DNA of 64,000 bases from the NCBI GenBank assembly GCA_965217775.1, contig CBDCJH010000002.1, positions 6,176,001 to 6,240,000 on the forward strand. The letters run 5' to 3'. Origin of the DNA: Acidobacteriota bacterium. GTDB lineage: Bacteria; Acidobacteriota; UBA6911; RPQK01; JAJDTT01. Positions within the stretch are counted from its first letter, which is position 1; each line of letters starts with the position of its first letter. The notes beneath the pieces were generated by a model. The model worked only from the letters and a program-made list of their open reading frames with translations. It did no database searches and was not told the DNA's origin. Of the stretch, positions 57,854-64,000 are shown in pieces. The position numbers and the translations under genes were made by a program.

Positions 57854-59422
57854 ATGGACCAGCTACCCGAAGTCGTTCAGGTTCTCCTGTCCGTAGCCCT
57901 GATGGCCGCGGTCGGGGGGTGGTATCTCCTCAAGACTCGCGTGGTGGACCGGCGGCTACGAGAGGCTGACCGAAAGGCCCGTGAAATCAAGAAAAATGCC
58001 ACCAGGGAAGGGGACCGGATCCGGAAGGAGAGTCTCCTCGAGGCCAAGGACCAGGTCTTCAAGTGGCGCACCGAGGTGGAGCGGGAGCTTCAGGAGCGCC
58101 GGCAACAGAGCCAGGCGGTGGAGCGCCGCCTGGCTCGGAGGGAAGAAGATCTGGAGCGGCGGGAGCGGCAGCTGCGCCGTCGAAATCGGGATTTCGAACA
58201 GCGTGTCAAGAAGCACCAAGGGCGCGAGAGGCAACTCGAGGAGCAGCGGGAAAGAGTTCGCGATCTGGAGCAGGAGTGCGTCGATCGACTGGAAGCGGCC
58301 GCGGGCATGAGCATCGAGGAGGCCAAGCAATCCCTGCTCAAGTCGGTGGAAAACGAGGCCATGAAAGAGGCCGTGGTCCTGGTCAAGAACGTGGAGGACG
58401 AGGCTCGCCGGAAAGCGGATCAGGAGGCGCGAAAGATCATCACTCAAGCCATCCAGCGTTGTGCCGGAGAGCACGTGGTCGCGACCACGGTTTCCGCGGT
58501 GGAACTTCCTGCCGAGGACATGAAGGGCCGCATTATCGGAAGAGAGGGACGCAACATTCGAGCCCTCGAGCAAGCCACCGGCGTCGAGTTGATCGTCGAC
58601 GACACACCCGAGGCCGTCATCCTCTCGGCCTTCGATCCCTATCGCAGGGCCGTTGCCAAACTCGCCATCGAGCGGCTGATCCAGGATGGCCGCATCCATC
58701 CGGCCCGGATCGAGGAGGTGGTGGCCCAGGTCGAACGCGACATGGACAAGCAACTCCTCCACGAGGGGGAGCAGGTGGTCTTCGAGTTGGGGATCCACAA
58801 CATGGACCCGGAGTTGGTTCAGCTGCTGGGGCGACTCAAGTACCGGACGAGCTACGGCCAGAACGTACTCAACCACAGTCGCGAGGTGGCCTATCTGGCC
58901 GGCATCATGGCCCGCGAGCTGGGAGCCGACGTCGAGGTCTGCAAACGCGCCGGGTTGCTGCATGACGTGGGCAAGTCCATCGACCGGGAGGTCGAACGAA
59001 CTCATCTCCAACTCGGCGTGGATATGGCCAAGAAATACGGAGAGAGCCCGGAAGTGGTCCATGGCATAGAAGCCCACCATTTCGACGTCGAGTTCCGGAC
59101 ATTGGAGGCCATGCTGGTGCAGGCCGCCGACGCCGTATCCGCGGCCCGGCCCGGGGCTCGCCGGGAGATGCTCGAGAACTACATCAAGCGGCTGGAACAC
59201 CTGGAGACCATTGCCAATTCTTTCGACGGCGTGTCCAAGGCCTATGCCCTTCAAGCCGGCAGGGAGGTCCGGATCATCGTCGAGAGCAGTGAGGTGTCCG
59301 ACGAACAGACCTTCTGGCTCACCAAGGACATCGCTCGACGGATCGAAGGCGAAGTCCAGTATCCGGGGCAGGTCAAGGTGACGGTGATCAGGGAGATGAG
59401 GGTTGTGGACTACGCCCGGTGA
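57854..59422 (+). CDS. rny: Ribonuclease Y
   Basis: TM plus coiled coil; KH MKGRIIGREGRNIR; HD LLHDVGK. Confidence 0.96.
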   Translation: MDQLPEVVQVLLSVALMAAVGGWYLLKTRVVDRRLREADRKAREIKKNATREGDRIRKESLLEAKDQVFKWRTEVERELQERRQQSQAVERRLARREEDLERRERQLRRRNRDFEQRVKKHQGRERQLEEQRERVRDLEQECVDRLEAAAGMSIEEAKQSLLKSVENEAMKEAVVLVKNVEDEARRKADQEARKIITQAIQRCAGEHVVATTVSAVELPAEDMKGRIIGREGRNIRALEQATGVELIVDDTPEAVILSAFDPYRRAVAKLAIERLIQDGRIHPARIEEVVAQVERDMDKQLLHEGEQVVFELGIHNMDPELVQLLGRLKYRTSYGQNVLNHSREVAYLAGIMARELGADVEVCKRAGLLHDVGKSIDREVERTHLQLGVDMAKKYGESPEVVHGIEAHHFDVEFRTLEAMLVQAADAVSAARPGARREMLENYIKRLEHLETIANSFDGVSKAYALQAGREVRIIVESSEVSDEQTFWLTKDIARRIEGEVQYPGQVKVTVIREMRVVDYAR

Positions 59423-59445
59423 GTCCTTCTCCGCCCCCGTCCGAG

Positions 59446-59584
59446 CCCGCATTTCTCACCAGGTCGCTATGCGTATGTTGAAAAAGAATCTGGTTTTGAG
59501 CATTTACGCGAATTTTGCCAAGGTTTCTCCGGGACAGACTGCGCTGGGCGCGCGATCGTCACGCCCCCTTCTGAGAAACGCGGG
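59446..59584. mobile_element. MITE-like element B (139 bp)
   Basis: TIR CCCGCATTTCTCA / TGAGAAACGCGGG; flanks CGAG / CTAG. Confidence 0.65.
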
Positions 59585-59588
59585 CTAG

Positions 59589-59747
59589 GAGCCTGCGCGG
59601 CAGAAATTGATCTACTGCGAAAGCGGTAGAATCGGTCCATATTTCCCCGATTTCTCGGCGAATAGAACGACTATGCACCTCAAAATCGAGAAAATCTGGC
59701 CTCGATTCCCCGCTTTCTCGCTACGATCATTCCTACCGCGCAGACTC
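59589..59747. mobile_element. MITE-like element C (159 bp)
   Basis: TIR GAGCCTGCGCGGCAGAAATTGATC / GATCATTCCTACCGCGCAGACTC; flanks CTAG / CCAG. Confidence 0.7.
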
Positions 59748-59776
59748 CCAGACGTTTTCGGAAAGAGAGTATCCGC

Positions 59777-60601
59777 ATGAAGGTTCTTTTTGTGGGGGAC
59801 ATCGTGGGCAGGCGGGGGCGCAAGGTCGTTCGCCGCATGATCCCGGCTCTCAGTCGTAAGAACGACATCGACCTGATCATTGCCAACGTCGAGAACGCCG
59901 CGGGAGGCTTCGGAATCACCCCGGCCATCGCTCGCCAGATCCTGGCCATGGGCGTGGACGTCATGACCTCGGGCAACCACATCTGGGACAAGAAGGAAGT
60001 CCTGCAGTGCATCGATGACGAACCCAGGTTGCTGCGTCCCCAGAACTATCCACCGGGAGTTCCGGGACGCGGGGTTCACGTGGGCGTCACCCGTCAGGGG
60101 GTTCGGTTCGGCGTCCTGAATCTACAGGGCCGTGTCTTCATGCCCAACATCGACTGTCCCTTTCGATGCGCCGAGGCACAGGTCTCCCGGCTCCGGAAAC
60201 AGACACCGGTCCTGATCGTCGATTTTCACGCCGAAGCCACCTCGGAGAAACTGGCCCTGGGATGGGCCTTGGATGGTCGGGTTTCGGCGGTACTGGGAAC
60301 TCATACCCATGTTCCCACGGCCGACTCGCGGCTGCTCCCCAAAGGGACGGCTTACGTCTCCGACGTGGGAATGACGGGCTGTTACGACTCTGTGATCGGG
60401 GTCAGTGTGGAGACGGCATTGCCCCGATTTCTGACCGCGATGCCCACGCGTTTCGCGGGGGCGACCGGATTGCCCAGACTGGCCTCGGTTCTGCTGGACA
60501 TCGATGAGTCGACCGGGGTGGCGCGGTCCATCCAACGGGTCGGTCCCGACCTCCCCACGGGTTCGACTGAGGGTTTGGCCGGGAGCCCCTCCGGCGGGTG
60601 A
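59777..60601 (+). CDS. ymdB: YmdB-family metallophosphoesterase (TIGR00282)
   Basis: GDIVG, NVENAAGG, SGNHIWD, DFHAEATSEK and GTHTH motifs. Confidence 0.94.
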   Translation: MKVLFVGDIVGRRGRKVVRRMIPALSRKNDIDLIIANVENAAGGFGITPAIARQILAMGVDVMTSGNHIWDKKEVLQCIDDEPRLLRPQNYPPGVPGRGVHVGVTRQGVRFGVLNLQGRVFMPNIDCPFRCAEAQVSRLRKQTPVLIVDFHAEATSEKLALGWALDGRVSAVLGTHTHVPTADSRLLPKGTAYVSDVGMTGCYDSVIGVSVETALPRFLTAMPTRFAGATGLPRLASVLLDIDESTGVARSIQRVGPDLPTGSTEGLAGSPSGG

Positions 60602-60612
60602 GCAAGTTTTAC

Positions 60613-63432
60613 TCAGGTTCGTTCCAGAGCCTGTTTCAGGAATCGTCCGGTGTAGGATCCCTCGGTGCGGGCGATGGTCTCGGGAGTTCCCTCCGCGATC
60701 AGGTATCCTCCCCTTTCTCCTCCCTCGGGACCGAGGTCGATGACCCAGTCGGCGCTTCGGATCACGTCCATGTTGTGCTCGATGATCACGACCGTGGCCT
60801 GCTTCGAGATCAACCGATCCAGGGCTCGCAGGAGCTTCCGGATGTCGTCGAAGTGGAGCCCGGTGGTTGGCTCGTCCAGGATGAAGATCGAATCGGAGCG
60901 GGTGGATTTGGCCAGGTAGGAGGCCAGCTTGATCCGTTGCGCCTCTCCGCCGGAAAGAGTGGTGGAGGATTGGCCCAGTTTCAGGTATCCGAGGCCCACC
61001 TCTTCCAGCACCTTGAGCTTTTTCAAAAGGCGGGGATAGGATCGAAAGAACTCCAGAGCCGCGGTCACGGTCAGGTCGAGCACCTGTGCGATATTCTTGC
61101 CCCGGTAGCCGATTTCCAGGATCGTGGACTTGTATCGCCTCCCGCGGCATTCTTCACACGTCAGTTCCACGTCGGCCAGGAACTGCATGTTCACCGTAGA
61201 GAAGCCCGCTCCGTCACAGCCCTCGCAGCGGCCTCCCGGGATGTTGAAGGAGAAGTGGCCGGGACGGAGGTCCTGGCGTTGCGAAGCCCGCAGTGAAGCA
61301 AAGATCTGGCGGATCTCGTCGAACGCCTTGAGATAGGTGACCGGATTGGAGCGCGGCGATTTCCCGATAGGCGACTGGTCCATCAGCAGGATCTCCTCGA
61401 CCTGTTCGGCGCCTTCGATGCTGTCGAAGCTTCCGATCTCGCCCTTCCATTGGGACTTCAGTTTCTTGAGACCGGCGTAGATCACGTCTCCCACCAGGGT
61501 CGATTTCCCGGATCCTGAGACTCCCGTGATGCAGACCATCAGTCCCAGGGGCAGCCGCACGTCCAGATTCTTCAGATTGTGCTGGCGGGCTCCCCGGACG
61601 GTCACGAACCGGTCGCCGCAGGAGCGCCGGTAAAACGGCGTGGGCACCCTGCGCTCGCCGCGCAGATACTGCCCCGTCAAGGAGTTGGCGGCGGACCGCA
61701 GGGAGTCCACGCCGCCGCTGTAGACTACGTAGCCTCCATGCTCTCCGGGCCCCGGACCCAGGTCCACCACCTGATCCGCCGATTCGATCATTTCCCGTTC
61801 GTGCTCCACCACCACGATGGTGTTCCCCAGGTCCCGCAAATTCCTCAGGATGGAGATGAGGCGCCGCGTGTCTCTGGGGTGGAGTCCCACGGAGGGTTCA
61901 TCCAGCACGTAGAGGGTTCCGGTCAGGGACGAACCCAGGGCCGCAGCCAACTGGATCCGCTGCATCTCGCCCCCGCTCAGTGTGCTGGTGATGCGATTCA
62001 GGGTCAGGTAGTCGAGCCCCACCTTCATCAGAAAATCGAGGCGTTTCCGGATCTCCCTGAGCAGGGAGTCCGCCACCGCCAGTTGACTCTCATCCAGGCG
62101 AAGTCGATGGAAAAATTCCTGGATTTCCTGAATCGGCATGGAGGTGAGTTGAGAAATGCGGCGTCCTCCCAGTTGAACGTCTCTCGCCTCCTGGCAGAGG
62201 CGTTCTCCCGAACAGTCGGCACACCGGGTGTAGCCCCGGTATCGGCTGATCAGGATCCGGATGTGCATCTTGTACTTCTTGCGTTCCAGGTAGGCGAAAA
62301 ATCCCTTGACTCCGGGAAAGCCGCCGCTTCCGTCCCAGATCCGGCGCCGGACCGCCTCGGGCAGATCCCGATAGGGGACGTCCAACGGGATTCCCTCTCG
62401 AAGCGCGTACTCCTGCAGCTTCCGGCCGAATTCTCGATGGCGCGGTTTGTTGAAAGGGTCTACGGGCCCCTCGGCCAGCGTCTTTGCCGGGTCCGGAATG
62501 ATGAGGTCCGGATCCAGGGTGATGGTGCTCCCGAAGCCATGGCAGGTTCGACAGGCTCCATAGGGATTGTTGAAGGAGAAGAGCCTGGGTTCCGGAACCC
62601 GATAGGAGATCCGGCAGTACTGGCATTCGAGCCGCTGGGTGAACTCCAGTTCCCGCTCCGTGCTCCGGCCGTCCTTCGAAAGGATCGAGATCCGGGCGGC
62701 CCCTCCACCCTGGTGAAAACAGGTCTCCAGGGAATCGCTCAAACGCTGACGGGCGCGGTCCCGTACCACCACTCGATCGACCAGAACCCGGGCCTTCGAA
62801 AGATCGGCGGCGGACGGTCCGTCCTGGACCTGGACCACCCGGAGGCGTCCCGCCGCTTCCAGCACGAGGCGATGGAATCCCTGTTTCATCAGTTGGCCGG
62901 TCAGTTCCTTGGAGGGCGCGTCGGGTTCCGGTAGCAGGATGGACCCGGTCAAGGAGAAGCAGAGATAGAGCCGAGTGCCCTCCGGCAGCCGAAGCAACTG
63001 CTGCACCACCTCCTCCACGGTGTCGCGTTTCACCTGCCGGCCGCAGCCACGACAGACCAGAGTGCCGATTCGGGCGTAGACGAGACGGAGATGGTCGTAG
63101 ATCTCGGTGACGGTGCCCACCGTCGATCTGGGGTTTCGGGAGACTGTCTTCTGCCGGATGGCGATGGCGGGACTGAGCCCCTCGATCTCCCGGACCAGGG
63201 GCTTGCGCATCCGCTCCAGGAATTGCCGCGCGTAAGCCGACAATGACTCCACGTAGCGGCGCTGACCCTCGGCATACAAGGTGTCGAACGCCAGCGAAGA
63301 CTTGCCCGATCCGCTGACTCCCGTGATCACCGTGAGCCGGTTGATGGGGATCCGAAGATCGATGTTCTTCAGGTTGTTCTGGCGTGCTCCTGCGATTCGG
63401 ATCCAGGCGCCGTCATGCTCTTCGCCATTCAT
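60613..63432 (-). CDS. uvrA: Excinuclease ABC subunit A
   Basis: Two GVSGSGKS Walker A motifs, LSGGE signatures, Zn fingers, EGQRRYVESLS. Confidence 0.96.
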   Translation of the reverse strand: MNGEEHDGAWIRIAGARQNNLKNIDLRIPINRLTVITGVSGSGKSSLAFDTLYAEGQRRYVESLSAYARQFLERMRKPLVREIEGLSPAIAIRQKTVSRNPRSTVGTVTEIYDHLRLVYARIGTLVCRGCGRQVKRDTVEEVVQQLLRLPEGTRLYLCFSLTGSILLPEPDAPSKELTGQLMKQGFHRLVLEAAGRLRVVQVQDGPSAADLSKARVLVDRVVVRDRARQRLSDSLETCFHQGGGAARISILSKDGRSTERELEFTQRLECQYCRISYRVPEPRLFSFNNPYGACRTCHGFGSTITLDPDLIIPDPAKTLAEGPVDPFNKPRHREFGRKLQEYALREGIPLDVPYRDLPEAVRRRIWDGSGGFPGVKGFFAYLERKKYKMHIRILISRYRGYTRCADCSGERLCQEARDVQLGGRRISQLTSMPIQEIQEFFHRLRLDESQLAVADSLLREIRKRLDFLMKVGLDYLTLNRITSTLSGGEMQRIQLAAALGSSLTGTLYVLDEPSVGLHPRDTRRLISILRNLRDLGNTIVVVEHEREMIESADQVVDLGPGPGEHGGYVVYSGGVDSLRSAANSLTGQYLRGERRVPTPFYRRSCGDRFVTVRGARQHNLKNLDVRLPLGLMVCITGVSGSGKSTLVGDVIYAGLKKLKSQWKGEIGSFDSIEGAEQVEEILLMDQSPIGKSPRSNPVTYLKAFDEIRQIFASLRASQRQDLRPGHFSFNIPGGRCEGCDGAGFSTVNMQFLADVELTCEECRGRRYKSTILEIGYRGKNIAQVLDLTVTAALEFFRSYPRLLKKLKVLEEVGLGYLKLGQSSTTLSGGEAQRIKLASYLAKSTRSDSIFILDEPTTGLHFDDIRKLLRALDRLISKQATVVIIEHNMDVIRSADWVIDLGPEGGERGGYLIAEGTPETIARTEGSYTGRFLKQALERT

Positions 63433-63536
63433 TGAAACGCACCAGTCTATCACCGATCCGAACCAGGCATCGGGACTTGGAATTCGTGGTTGGCGATTCG
63501 GAATTCGGCCCCCTCGGCCCGTGGTATAGTGAACCC

Positions 63537-64000
63537 ATGAGAATCACTTCGGTATTTCCGAGGGCGGCTCTTCCGGCAGGCATTGTCAGGATCGAGCTCG
63601 ATTCTTCGGAGAACGTTCCAGCCCGGGCCGTCGACGTGGGCGGAGCGGTTGCCTGCATCATGGGCGCCTCGCCGCGGGCGTTGACCATCCGCATCCCCGA
63701 AACCGCCGGCCACGGGATCGCGGTTCACAATCACGCCGTGGCCCGGGCGGAACTGAACGTCGGCCGCGCCATCGCTTCGGATCTCCAGCCGGTTTCCAAT
63801 CCGGTGGTGGACGCTTTCGGAAACGTCTACGTGACCTACAGCGGAACTCGCGGCGAGAAGGTTCCATTCAGCGTATTCGTCGTCTACGCCGACGGCAGCA
63901 AGCACCCATTTCTGGCGGATATCGTCAACCCGACCGGCTTGGCCATCGGTCCCGACGATTACCTCTACATCAGCAGCCGCCATACCGGGTCCATATATCG
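63537..64000 (+). CDS. IPT/TIG plus beta-propeller (gluconolactonase-like) protein, partial
   Basis: Open frame MRITSVFPRAALPAG...PVSNPVVDAFGNVYVTYSG...NPTGLAIGPD runs off the window end. Confidence 0.7.
   Translation, partial: MRITSVFPRAALPAGIVRIELDSSENVPARAVDVGGAVACIMGASPRALTIRIPETAGHGIAVHNHAVARAELNVGRAIASDLQPVSNPVVDAFGNVYVTYSGTRGEKVPFSVFVVYADGSKHPFLADIVNPTGLAIGPDDYLYISSRHTGSIY

Overview
GC-rich bacterial window, most likely Acidobacteriota (inferred from the Oar-type TonB receptor, the DUF1501/PSCyt pair, a short PheT and an IPT/TIG-propeller gene). The left ~37 kb is accessory. It carries carbohydrate and sugar-acid enzymes (several with Tat signals), a carbamoyltransferase separated from its usual SxtJ/DUF5989 partners by ~8.4 kb, three decayed toxin-antitoxin modules, an amidohydrolase with two in-frame stops, a YtrA-type GntR/ABC operon, tRNA-Thr(CGT), and four tandem paralogous secreted glycine-zipper proteins with a hypervariable core. 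The right ~27 kb is mostly core: M16 peptidase pair, ECF sigma module, degenerate CtpA-like protein, HU, tRNA-Val, thrS-infC-rpmI-rplT-pheS-pheT-zapB-zapA-6S RNA-rny-ymdB, and uvrA. Several MITEs and REP-like repeats occur. The best novelty candidates are the four-paralog array and a thrS leader hairpin whose loop equals the tRNA-Thr anticodon loop. All product calls come from motif recognition by eye; no database searches were run.
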